A stretch of DNA of 36,900 bases from Dimargaris cristalligena (Eukaryota): contig ML002370.1 in the NCBI GenBank assembly GCA_003614675.1, positions 1-36,900 on the forward strand, in the 5' to 3' direction. Made by a program: the position numbers and the translations under genes. The notes beneath the pieces were generated by a model. It did not search any database. It was not told the DNA's origin and saw only the letters and a program-made list of their open reading frames with translations. Below, in pieces: positions 22,901 to 31,456 of the stretch; within the stretch, counting starts at the first letter, position 1; each line of letters starts with the position of its first letter.

Positions 22901-25900
22901 AGGCGATACAGGGTCCCTCCCTTCATCTACTAAAAACCCCGCCGTCCAGCCCGGCTGGGAGGGCATCATGCCCATTGAGGTGAAGCACGAACCCGGGTAC
23001 GTGGTGGGTCCCCCAACAGAGGAGTTCCTGCAGAGCCAGCCGGGGAACGTGTTCAGTAAAGTAGCCAAACGACTCTGGCGGGCCGTGACGGGTGCCCCTA
23101 AGAAACCCTATCCCGCCGAATCCCTCAATTCGTCCTTCCAGCAGAGTCCCGAGTGGCACGATGACTTGACCGACTCGGAACACGAGATTTACCATAAAAT
23201 GGGACCATACGATCATCCATTGGCGGGCCTCGGGGCCGGATTTACCGGCCATACAAATATGCCCATGCCTCCGGTCCTTTCCCCTCCACGCCTGCCGCCA
23301 CCTCCCCCGCCGCCCCCTTCCGGGCCCCCCGGTGACTACGCCGACGATGAAAGTGACCAGGAGTCCGATTCCCGGCGCCGTATCTTGGCCACCCAAGCGG
23401 CCCTGTCACTTATGGCCAACGAAGGGGATTACGACCCCTACGTGATTCCCGATCAGGACAAAATCGAAGTACCGCCGCTACCCGAGAGTCCCTCCCCCAG
23501 TAGTCGACGCAAGAAGGTAGCCCGCCTATTATGGGAGGGTCGCTTATCGGCGGACCATGGGCCTGACGTGGCCCAACTCCCGTGGATGAAAGACACGGCA
23601 TCCAAACCGCCCTCGATTCATTCGCAACGACCTTCACTTTCTTCCAATGGGACTCAGATTGTCCTCCCTGAGCCTTCTTTGCCCTTTATTCCACCCCCGC
23701 CCCCGCGTATCCCCCAATCGCCCCACTCGTCGATGCATTCCGGGCGGCACACAAATATGCCCTATCCTTCAATGTACATGCAGGTACCCGCTCCGGGTCC
23801 GGTTTCGGCGGGACCAATGCCCATGCACATGCACATGCCTATGCCTATGTCACCGTTACCACCACCCCCACCGGTACGCGTATCGACGAGTAGAGTGGGC
23901 CTGCCAACTCCAATGCATATGTCCCATCAGCCCGGACATACCCACCCAATGGATGGTTCCGGGGCTTTACCATCTCCACTCCCTCCCCAACTTCATTCGG
24001 CGGGACCGCCCTCCCATCTCCCACCCCCGCCTCGACCCCCACCTCCCCCACCGGGCGATGACCCAGCCCCATCGTCTGGCGAGGGTGAGGGCGAGGGCGA
24101 CGATGCCGATGAACCCAGTACCGATAGCTTCCGGTCCCAGGGCACGATTCACAAGACCACCTCGCCACCCGGTTTAATGAGCTCGATCATCTCACCCCTG
24201 CTTAGCCTGTTTGGTAAATCGCCGGCCCCGGGTGCAGCTGGCTCCGGTCACGGTGATTCGGCGCATTCGTATAGCCAACTGCCGCCGGGTAATACGGGGG
24301 TACCTATGGAGGGTCTTGATGCTTCACCCGCTATCCCTCTACCCGGACAGCTGGCTAACCAAGCGGCCCCGCCTTCGCAGCCACCACCACCACCTCCTCC
24401 TGGTACCTATTTTGATGCCTTCGCCAACGACGATGATGACGATGAAGGCCACCACGGTGATGGCCATGGCCATTTTGGTTCGCAGGCAATGCCCGAAGGT
24501 CCCATGGGCAGTCAACTGGGCTCCAAATCTTTCCATAATCCGGCCATTTTCCCCGAGCCAACCATCGGAGTCAGCCCACCCCTCCCATCTTCGTCCACCG
24601 GCGGTATTTTTACCCGCCTGTTTAACAAATCCTCGGCCTCGGGACCGGAGCCTATTCCGCTGGAGGAAACGCGAATGAGTAAGACTCCACTTCCTTTAGA
24701 TGGCTCTATGATGGCTATGCCCGAACCCGAGATTCTGGACGTAACGTCACACCAACCCGATAGTATGCCCATGCCGTCCATCGATCACCACGGTCCCTTC
24801 CTGACCCCTAGTGAAGTGAAGCGTACCCATAGTCGCCCTCCCGGTGGAGGAGGAGGCGGTGGTGGAGGTGGGGGTGGGGGACACAACGATGATGACGCTG
24901 ACTCGATCGGTAAGGACTCATCGGCGTTTACCGAGTCCCCTGGCTGCTGCGGAGAATGGTGGTCCAATTTGACGGCAGGAATTCGGGCCGGCGGTACCCG
25001 CTATGGACTAGTGGTGACACCTGCCGGTGGACAGACCCTCAAGCGTTTTCAGGCCCTGGCCCTCCCGCTTTACTACCGAGATGTAGATAACTACCTGGCC
25101 GATTTTCCCCACGCCGTATTTGACCCCATCCCCCCTACATCCGAACAACACGACCATCCCCCCTCGGGTCAACGATCCCCGAGTTCCCCCCGCGACCGAT
25201 CCGTGACCTCCCCGGACTCCGCGGCCCACGCCACCTCGGATACAAATCCGGATCCACCGATTAACCGCGATACTTCCCGCAAAATATTATCCGAGGACCA
25301 GGAGGACGTCATGTTTCCCCCGTTCAACGTCCTGCCGAAGCACGCCACCGTCGATCTGCTCCGCAACAACGGCGGCAATTTACGGAAAGCCAGCGGCTGG
25401 TCATTTGGCACCTCAGTCCTGTACACGGCCATCGAAAACATGACCCTACTGGGAGTGATGTCGAACAATCTCACCAAACTCGAAATCATCCGGGACTTCC
25501 TGCAGCTCATTTCCGTGTATCTGCAATCCATCGACGAGCATGTCCGCACGGCACTGTCAATTATCTTTAAGGATATCCCCCAATTTCTCAGTTTAAATTG
25601 GTCCGACACGTGGGGCAAAGCGATTGTGTTCTTGATCGCGTTTAGTGTGGTGGTCTTCATCGCCGTTTTCACTTTCCGCATGACCAAGAAACGGGTACCT
25701 GATGCCGATGCCGAAGGGCTCGAAGTCGAAACCTGGAATATGCACAGTCGGCGTAATTCCCGCGTGCTCAATATCATTGTCGTATTTATTATTACCACAC
25801 TTTACCTGCCCCTCTCCAAATTGGCTCTGGAAGCGATCGTGTGGGACGACAAATACTGGGCCGTTGACAACCCCTACATCCAAAGCGATAATCCGGTGCT

Positions 25901-28283
25901 GACCCCGCTCGGACCCGCCAGCCAGTTCCGCAATCCCTACGACTTCTGTTATACTACCACCATGCGCACGGATCAAACCAACTTGGCCTGGCTGGTAATC
26001 GTACTTGCTGCCTTCTGTATTATAGTGCTCAGTTTCTACTTCCCCTGGGCTATTCGTAAGCTCATTCGCAAAAACCTACCCTACCCCAAGAATTACAACG
26101 AACACGGGGAGAAGCGGGTCAGTGCCATTGCGGAATACCGGGCCGCGTTGGAGTATGATGAATCGCCTTATGTGTTCCTTTACAATATGTACTATCCGGA
26201 GAGCGCGGGCCAAAAGGCCGTCGTCATGTTCCACAAATTCATCTACCTGCTTATTGTGGTCTTTATCTCTAAAGATAACTGCGTGTTCCGGGATGCTAAC
26301 CGCGAAATCCTGGATACTATTCGGCAGTCGCTCATTGCCGTCTATGGTACGGGTCTGCTGGTAATGCACTGGCGCCTCCAACCCTACCTCGTGGCCTCCC
26401 AGAATCTGAGCGAGTTCGTGTCGCGGGTTGCCCAACTCCTAACGGGTTACCTGGGTTTAGTTATCGTGGTACTGGAGAGTACCCGCTCCGCCTTGAGTAT
26501 CGTCTTGGTCGTCGTAAACGGGCTCGCCGGGATCACCATCGCGTACCTGACCCTGATCCAGCTGGAGTCGGTCCGCTACTTTATCTACCGTATGCGCCGC
26601 AAGGTCCGCCTGACCGAAGGACTCCTCGACTCGGACTCGTTGTCGGCCTGGGAACGCCTCAAGGAGCGGGTGTGGCAGGAAACATGGACGGGTCTCCTCC
26701 TGACCTGTAGTGAGTTCCGGATCCCCCCGGGGGAAAGCGTGGCCTTCTCCGAATCCCCCCAGCGCCCGCCCTATTTGCTCAATTTCAAGGGCACGGTGGC
26801 GGAACGGCACCTCGAAAACATCCGTGTACTGCGGTACATTGGCTTAAACGCCTATAGCCGAGAAATCGCCATTCCCCAAAGCGAAAACATGCGCCGTCTG
26901 TGCCACACCATCACCTCGTTCTTAGTGGGCCCCGACATGTACTATTACCCGCTGCAATTCACGGCGGGTTCGGTGAGTACCTTTTTCGGCAAGGCCTACG
27001 TGGTACCCTTCCCCTTCTCGTTGGTCTTTGTGTACGATGAGGATAGTAGTATTGTTTTGGTGATTCACGAGGAAGCCGAGCTCCAGCGGTACGTGGATTT
27101 AAATGCCAAAGCCGCGATTAAACGCCGTAAGGAAATCCGGACCATGCTGCGCTGCCTCGAGGGCCAGGTGGTGGAGCGGCCCTTCCAACGTCGCTTCGAC
27201 CAGCCCACGACGGTACTCCCGGCCAGCGTGCGCCATACCCTCACCCGTACCCAGCGGGCCGCCCAAGGGGGGCTGCAGAACAGCCTCAGCTCCAGTAAAA
27301 TTCTCAACCACTTCCAGCCCCACCCCTACCAGCATCTCGAAGAAGGGGCTGGTGATCTTCCAGCCACAACTTATCGGTCGACTTCGGAATTCACCCCCCA
27401 CATTCGCTACAAGACGGGTGTGTTGCATATCCACCGGGTGAAGGCCTCCAAGTGGCAGAACGAACACAATATGAACGCCGGCTTCCAAGTCCAGGTGGAG
27501 TATGCGCGGGGTGAGGGTCTGTTTAGCCCGGGCAAGACCCAGAACATCGACGAGCGCTGCGCCATTGGCAGCCGTCGCCTGGGCTTGGACGCCAGCTATT
27601 CCATGACCCCCCAACTGGCGGCCCTTTTGAAGGCCAATGAGGAACTGATCCGTGAACGCTACCCCCGGATTATTCAAACGATGGAACTCTACCGGAAGTC
27701 GTACCGCGACGAATTCCGCCGCAAAATCCATACCCTGAGCTACGATTTTTTGATCCGGGTGTTCAACAGTCCCCAACTCCCTGAGGCGGAACTGTGGGCC
27801 TATTTGGACCACGGCGAAGTCAACCCCCTTCTGAAGGACATCCAGCGGTTCCACCATCTTGATATCCGCCACCTGTATCAGCGGATGCATTTCGCCGCGT
27901 ACAGCCCTGTTTCGACTTACTGGTACCTCTTCTGGGACGACCTATACCGGATGAACCAGACCATCATTCCCCAGTTTAAACAGCACGCTCGGTTCTTTTC
28001 GCCGTATTATCCGACCTCCATCGCCTACTATCCGATGCCCCGCCGGGCCTTGCACGCATTCTTGAACCAGTTTGGCCTTTGGCACCCCCCAGGTCACCAG
28101 GGCTTTATCCATAATGGGTTGCTGAACCGCCTCTACTGTCGTCTCAATGTCATTCTCTTTGGTCAGGAAGTACCGATATTCCAGGGAACTCCACGCGAGG
28201 GCTCATTGGCCCAGATCTTTAATGGGAGCCGATTCCATCCATCCACGGCTGCTGCTGACTCGGCTCCGTCTGGCCCCGCTTGA
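16938..28283 (+). CDS. Giant 3781-aa single-exon protein: about 2700-aa Pro/Ser-rich disordered N-terminus, about 7-TM membrane domain (TRP/FLC-like topology) and soluble C-terminal domain; function unknown
   Basis: Uninterrupted 11,346-nt ORF. Hydrophobic helices between about 25610 and 26565: WGKAIVFLIAFSVVVFIAVFTF, VLNIIVVFIITTLYLPLSKLAL, LAWLVIVLAAFCIIVLSFYFPWAI, VVMFHKFIYLLIVVFI, LIAVYGTGLLVMHW, VAQLLTGYLGLVIVVL, LSIVLVVVNGLAGITIAYLTLI. YVFLYNMY motif lies between the third and fourth helices. Confidence 0.93.
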   Translation: MKKFLGKIKRRRKDNNNGDDDDDAGPSSLTESLDLAEPVSQYSSREGASVAYDISGAIVSSAIEVLDLAGYPSYRPAAGFIPLESATYPRLATHPASDIAGSVSQNSSQGPNTLDQSSVATPELQRFEARFFTPSTRPAHPSSRNRPLASSAELLLRWERLLEQNRARPTVSATSLGAPASQGASYAETVFPLSGRRQYPAPTTDESSPPVVTSLTIAESDATPQQSMLSTQSLQKSIHGLSESPLGLRQLPVARSPTQRRVSAPFPVTHAPLSQSDPHQHNTLPGRFPSGSAANPQLRLDNQRLVKFAFEEARRRITTKDGQTVEVPLERSRPEDMTDEEWELYGRHIKVPIMTPVMEEIPMREKYPLRHARELHRRLSQPSLDEASSSNILGELGRAQDPTTHEPGQRPKKPRHPLDELYYAAAGSSSSSKSSAAESQPGTVREHPYIVRRKSLARAQLDMTSPVPDTTQHPSAEAEYSPPAFSEPESEPEAQTFDEALTQEPTPTVSRRNATYTPEFMTINMGTDAPSFRPTSPTLPQPLPSAHYQVAGDDGEYHNSSTTKYPPFQLSLDHREPLQPSPVVGRRATFVSPVPASRVPIGAATPSYHVPELAEAFDSLVVEEIQGSFVGSRPLRADSFSSMQARPLSMMGDHPSFSPSARIQRARSASQSSIQLGVTPPHVLPPEGTVPQLVRAYDEYHEDMRASTPTRFASRPESPFQRAQSRLSISSGTARPQLPANHMYGPPPPVSSQFSSYMAEGTLPSQSAGLFDQAPGDYIRPPLPLFQTEEPYFSPQGSFGDPGRGRQRSSSSPFNNSSFEVNLGDAIVVDPSTTLSRRLSRYHYNIDPASSQRRQQQHQQKQQQSQAPGVPSTSSFLTETSLALSPGLAPVRSGYLVGESSVATVPVVARLVHHAERFNSAARQSAVPVPAEPAFISLVEPPLPLAPGMAPATDTTYMPNVPSFQEEIPSSPPFRPSLAPPADAPESVQANPAALRPRSPPQAEVSLPLPPLSPPPPSFPTPSQPSSSVVAPPAPTLPPLPPLHVLESTKREILARRALRLNNTSMASVAFSRDTLPIGSSSTHIARPLFTGDILSSTMERVPPQLPSQTSSVSPEVHSPSANQSASIRLGQLFSAPDPESPLPPRTGDTSSGPNNEKDDNRPTSDSILNSTELLETPSPEDSAPTPARLSHLSISSHDVSKLFPSMSSIPEVFRPPPNFVRQPARRPPKPIETVPEERPEPRTFETSPPPMPMPEPELELEQEPVTLVTIPSPAYNDGPVMNQQLEPVPMSTVIPEPELDNQMEPEPEPIPEFISEIDLNPAPISDPAFNSQRMPEPEQESKPIPMFMPEPEPERQSEPEPELEPEPKTVHMSPSIQQRWSTDYYPPRPTIAAPVPTATATPPYFPPNPSVVISSPIPQYSTERYRPMPSWNAPSDPPPLPPLPKFVLDQMSYQVPVITVSSPPSDMRTLESIRSQLGSPNASTPLILIQPATPSPKFPVHNDDDPLPGSASQFSLGAANLLAVPQMDHGGSFTSDSDMEYESEVPQYYSYGPPPPLPPIPAHFRPYTMTSPPMGPSRATVDGAAITSVPLEMPQATGSKLPIYHDTPEHHNSAEFATAPNSTRVVNQPNSSSGFQTPPPLSPPAPLNTLPPMPMPEPEPDHETKQPAQSMMSLANDSATDLGADGPSIDRPFSTPEIPMDHPTDPSPLPPAPPLPPPPASLLREMAMEAQSMAMPGPPSPTVLPPQLPPLPPGAIPISPDEPSTPSLLAAELQAKLMEQNGVYVSPLRQLRAGNHSATSISISPVQSPTGPPSWSHPTAPPLWNPSGPSNGPALPSSPQHRQSSPRISSPLRQSHSATFQGAGSRVNLSSSLPSTPTHPGRTQSFIGPGTPPPLELNSRYSLAASGSVQTPPVPPSGPTTFSGYERPLPAAPGSTNMPTQFTPSGRTSQGQETPSPFSSPARPPLSPQSAVGLVSPPGEGPLSGGPGDTGSLPSSTKNPAVQPGWEGIMPIEVKHEPGYVVGPPTEEFLQSQPGNVFSKVAKRLWRAVTGAPKKPYPAESLNSSFQQSPEWHDDLTDSEHEIYHKMGPYDHPLAGLGAGFTGHTNMPMPPVLSPPRLPPPPPPPPSGPPGDYADDESDQESDSRRRILATQAALSLMANEGDYDPYVIPDQDKIEVPPLPESPSPSSRRKKVARLLWEGRLSADHGPDVAQLPWMKDTASKPPSIHSQRPSLSSNGTQIVLPEPSLPFIPPPPPRIPQSPHSSMHSGRHTNMPYPSMYMQVPAPGPVSAGPMPMHMHMPMPMSPLPPPPPVRVSTSRVGLPTPMHMSHQPGHTHPMDGSGALPSPLPPQLHSAGPPSHLPPPPRPPPPPPGDDPAPSSGEGEGEGDDADEPSTDSFRSQGTIHKTTSPPGLMSSIISPLLSLFGKSPAPGAAGSGHGDSAHSYSQLPPGNTGVPMEGLDASPAIPLPGQLANQAAPPSQPPPPPPPGTYFDAFANDDDDDEGHHGDGHGHFGSQAMPEGPMGSQLGSKSFHNPAIFPEPTIGVSPPLPSSSTGGIFTRLFNKSSASGPEPIPLEETRMSKTPLPLDGSMMAMPEPEILDVTSHQPDSMPMPSIDHHGPFLTPSEVKRTHSRPPGGGGGGGGGGGGGHNDDDADSIGKDSSAFTESPGCCGEWWSNLTAGIRAGGTRYGLVVTPAGGQTLKRFQALALPLYYRDVDNYLADFPHAVFDPIPPTSEQHDHPPSGQRSPSSPRDRSVTSPDSAAHATSDTNPDPPINRDTSRKILSEDQEDVMFPPFNVLPKHATVDLLRNNGGNLRKASGWSFGTSVLYTAIENMTLLGVMSNNLTKLEIIRDFLQLISVYLQSIDEHVRTALSIIFKDIPQFLSLNWSDTWGKAIVFLIAFSVVVFIAVFTFRMTKKRVPDADAEGLEVETWNMHSRRNSRVLNIIVVFIITTLYLPLSKLALEAIVWDDKYWAVDNPYIQSDNPVLTPLGPASQFRNPYDFCYTTTMRTDQTNLAWLVIVLAAFCIIVLSFYFPWAIRKLIRKNLPYPKNYNEHGEKRVSAIAEYRAALEYDESPYVFLYNMYYPESAGQKAVVMFHKFIYLLIVVFISKDNCVFRDANREILDTIRQSLIAVYGTGLLVMHWRLQPYLVASQNLSEFVSRVAQLLTGYLGLVIVVLESTRSALSIVLVVVNGLAGITIAYLTLIQLESVRYFIYRMRRKVRLTEGLLDSDSLSAWERLKERVWQETWTGLLLTCSEFRIPPGESVAFSESPQRPPYLLNFKGTVAERHLENIRVLRYIGLNAYSREIAIPQSENMRRLCHTITSFLVGPDMYYYPLQFTAGSVSTFFGKAYVVPFPFSLVFVYDEDSSIVLVIHEEAELQRYVDLNAKAAIKRRKEIRTMLRCLEGQVVERPFQRRFDQPTTVLPASVRHTLTRTQRAAQGGLQNSLSSSKILNHFQPHPYQHLEEGAGDLPATTYRSTSEFTPHIRYKTGVLHIHRVKASKWQNEHNMNAGFQVQVEYARGEGLFSPGKTQNIDERCAIGSRRLGLDASYSMTPQLAALLKANEELIRERYPRIIQTMELYRKSYRDEFRRKIHTLSYDFLIRVFNSPQLPEAELWAYLDHGEVNPLLKDIQRFHHLDIRHLYQRMHFAAYSPVSTYWYLFWDDLYRMNQTIIPQFKQHARFFSPYYPTSIAYYPMPRRALHAFLNQFGLWHPPGHQGFIHNGLLNRLYCRLNVILFGQEVPIFQGTPREGSLAQIFNGSRFHPSTAAADSAPSGPA

Positions 28284-29566
28284 ATATTTCCTCCGGTTGG
28301 TTTAAAGGATACATGATCGGGATTCACATATTTATATATATATAATTCATTATTTTTACTCAGTAACTATGTTGCGCCACTGCGCAAGTGTTATCGGGTT
28401 GACCCCAGGCAAGCCTGGCCGTGTTTTTTTTATCGAACATTTGTTTAATGAGGTGTTTCCGATGCAGCAATATGATGATCGTTTTACCCTGTGTATTTTA
28501 TCTTGGTTATATCTTGTTAAGAAGTATTATTCGCCTCTAATTGCTGCTCTTGCCCAGCAAGGCCATTTCCTCCGTCCCTGCCGCATTGTGTACTGTAAAT
28601 AATAAATCGATTTTTTTCTGGGACAAGACCGACAGTCGGTTGAATGATTTTGATTATTGAAGGTTCTGCCAATTCGGGCATTCCTAAATCCCAATTGCCA
28701 CGCCAATTACGCTTGTCAGTTTATCTGGTACATACCTGGCCAATTGATCGGCTGGGTATGATACACCTTTATTCATCTCCTCATTCCAATCCACTTACCG
28801 AGCCCATTGAGCTGGGTGTCAGATTATGTATTCCCTTAAGTTATCTCCCCATTGATCTCACACCAAAGGCCAGTTTCCATCTACCATACATGTTCGTGAT
28901 GTTTTAAATATTATATTCCGGACAGCTAGCTGTGAGTGTATGTTATAGTTTTCTGCCTAGGGATACCTACGTAACGAGTAATCAAGTATCTATCAATCCG
29001 CTTTGGTTGGCAGAATTTCTTTGTAGTCGAGAAGGGCTTTTATTCGTAAAGAGCCCGCTAATATTGCTCAACTAATGTAGTGCTGCTGAAATTTCCACCA
29101 CTAATAGATTGGCCTGCTGGGCTTACAAGGTTGTTGTTGTCCAACCATGGGCCTTTTTTGCCTGCGTAAGAGGAGCAACTTTCTACCTCGTGCTTCTTAC
29201 TAATAAGCTGGACCAACCGCAACTAACCTACCGACAATCACGCCATTGCACCCAAAAGAAGGGCCACTTCCCCCAGTGGATCAACCGCGATTCTCTGCCA
29301 GGGGGTTTACAGCATCAGCTGGATTCTTTCAACCGCATACCACCCTCACCCAACAAGACTCTTCTGTACGCCTTACTTGACCTCCCTGTTGCCGCGGGTC
29401 CATTCCTAAATGTAGTCACCCCCTTCTATTTATTATTTATATTTATATATACTTGTTTTTCCCCGCTTCATCGACTCTCCAAAACCCCCATTCGATCCAA
29501 GCCCTTGAACTCCGGGTAGTCTTTCCCAGTATTTAGTCTGCTCGGACCCCTTCGGTCATTATAGCC

Positions 29567-31456
29567 ATGCTAGCCCGGTTGCGTTTAGCTCGCCTTCAGG
29601 CCGCGGGCCTCTTTCTGAGGCACCCAATGACTGCGACACCTCCGCTACGCTTCTACATCTCCTTGCGACATCCCCTTCAGCGTCCCGGGACCACTTCCGC
29701 CCTAACACGCACCATAGTCCGACCCTCCCTATTCATCCGCCCCCGACTCGCTGGCCGGTTTTATTCCTCGAAACCTCTACCCGCCGAAGGTCTATCGCGC
29801 GGCCTTCGGTGGACGTTACGACTGACCGCCGCGGCCGCCATTTCCGGCCTTCTCTATTACCAGTACGAGCCCTTTCGGTATTTCGTGAAGGCTTCGGCCC
29901 GTTGTTACCGGGCTGGAATAGCGGGGTTGATTACCGCCATTGATTACAAATGGGCCCTGCGACACCGTCCGGATCCCGCCCTGGATCCGCATAAATTGAT
30001 CGCGGATGGCCAGTCGGTGGACCCCGACGCGGCCCTGAAATGGCAGCAAGCGATGCTAGTCTATGAAACCCAAAAATCCGAAGTCCACCAACGGTCGGCC
30101 CTGCGGGTCCTTCGGTGCTTGATGAAAAGCGGCGGTATTTATATCAAGCTGGGCCAACACCTCTCCGCCATGACCTATATCCTTCCCAAGGAATGGACTG
30201 AAACCATGCGGCCTCTGCAGGACCAGTGCCCCGAGTCTCCTTTAGAGGACCTTGACCAGCTAATGATTGACGACCTGGGGCAGTCGCTCGAACAGCTGTT
30301 TACAGAATTTGACCCCCGTCCGCTGGGAGTGGCCTCCCTTGCCCAAGTTCATCGGGCCGTGCTGCGGGAGAACGGCCAGGAAGTAGCGGTCAAGGTACAA
30401 CATCCCTACCTAGACGAGTTTTCGAAGATTGATTTGCGAACCGTCAGTCTCATCATCGGACTGGCCGAGGATTTATTCCCCGAGTTCCAGTTCGGTTGGT
30501 TGCGCGACGAAATGAATGTCAGTCTGCCCCAAGAGCTGGACTTTGTGCGGGAAAAGAATAACGCCCAGCGGGTGGAGCGTAATTTCGCCGACGTGGCCCG
30601 CTGTCCGCTGGCCATCCCCCACGTCTTTTGGGCCCACCGGCGGATCATGGCCATGGAGTACATTAATGGTAGCCGAATCGACGACAAGGCTTACATGCAG
30701 GCCCATAAAATTAACCCCGACCAGGTGGCCACCGAACTGACCCGGATCTTCTCCGAAATGATTTTTATCCACGGCTGGGTGCACTGTGACCCCCACCCGG
30801 GCAACATACTCGTCCGCACCGCCCCACCTGCGTCCTCGGCGCGTTCGGGCTATAATTTCGAAATCGTTCTCCTGGACCACGGGTTGTACCGGGAATTATC
30901 GAGCGAATTCCGCATGAATTACGCTTACATGTGGCGGGCCCTCATGGCTGGGGATGAAACCGGTATCCGGCGCTACAGTAAACTGCTGGCCGGCACGGAC
31001 CTGTACATTGTGTTCTCGTGTATTTTGACCGGCCGCGACTGGCGGGTCATCCAAAACGACCTCAACCAGGCCCTCACGGACGATGAGGTGAACACGGTAT
31101 TCGAGAAGGTGCCTTACCTACTGGTCGAAATTATCGACGTATTAGCAACTGTACCCCGGGAACTATTGCTGCTGTTCAAGACCAACGACCTACTGCGGTC
31201 GGTTGACCAGTCCATTCGGAGTGCCCCCTCCCCTGCTATGACCATGGCGATCATGGGCCGCTACTGCACCAAGGCGATTTATAACGAAACCATGTTCTAC
31301 ATTAGACAGCACGCCCGGATCCTGGGCTACACCTGGTCCCTTCTGGGCCAATGGGTCCGCTGCCAGTGGCAGTACTGGCGACTGGAACTGCCCCTTGAGG
31401 TGGTGGAGTGGTTCTTCCATACGTACTCCCGCCTTTACCGCCTCCTATGGCTATAA
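29567..31456 (+). CDS. MCP2: UbiB/ABC1-family atypical kinase, ADCK1/ADCK5 (yeast Mcp2/Cqd2)-like, mitochondrial, 629 aa
   Basis: GGIYIKLGQH (KxGQ), Ala-rich loop GVASLAQVH, VAVKVQH, ELDF, HCDPHPGN, LLDHGLY, LLLLFKTNDLLR. Arg-rich presequence ending RFYSS, followed by a single TM helix. Confidence 0.9.
   Translation: MLARLRLARLQAAGLFLRHPMTATPPLRFYISLRHPLQRPGTTSALTRTIVRPSLFIRPRLAGRFYSSKPLPAEGLSRGLRWTLRLTAAAAISGLLYYQYEPFRYFVKASARCYRAGIAGLITAIDYKWALRHRPDPALDPHKLIADGQSVDPDAALKWQQAMLVYETQKSEVHQRSALRVLRCLMKSGGIYIKLGQHLSAMTYILPKEWTETMRPLQDQCPESPLEDLDQLMIDDLGQSLEQLFTEFDPRPLGVASLAQVHRAVLRENGQEVAVKVQHPYLDEFSKIDLRTVSLIIGLAEDLFPEFQFGWLRDEMNVSLPQELDFVREKNNAQRVERNFADVARCPLAIPHVFWAHRRIMAMEYINGSRIDDKAYMQAHKINPDQVATELTRIFSEMIFIHGWVHCDPHPGNILVRTAPPASSARSGYNFEIVLLDHGLYRELSSEFRMNYAYMWRALMAGDETGIRRYSKLLAGTDLYIVFSCILTGRDWRVIQNDLNQALTDDEVNTVFEKVPYLLVEIIDVLATVPRELLLLFKTNDLLRSVDQSIRSAPSPAMTMAIMGRYCTKAIYNETMFYIRQHARILGYTWSLLGQWVRCQWQYWRLELPLEVVEWFFHTYSRLYRLLWL

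Noticed and set aside
25169-27890. Several 100-260 aa minus-strand ORFs within the giant gene
   Set aside because: Antisense shadows of strongly codon-biased coding sequence.
28369-29519. Short intergenic ORFs (28369, 28644, 29109)
   Set aside because: No coding-like codon bias or motifs; they lie in UTR/promoter-like sequence.
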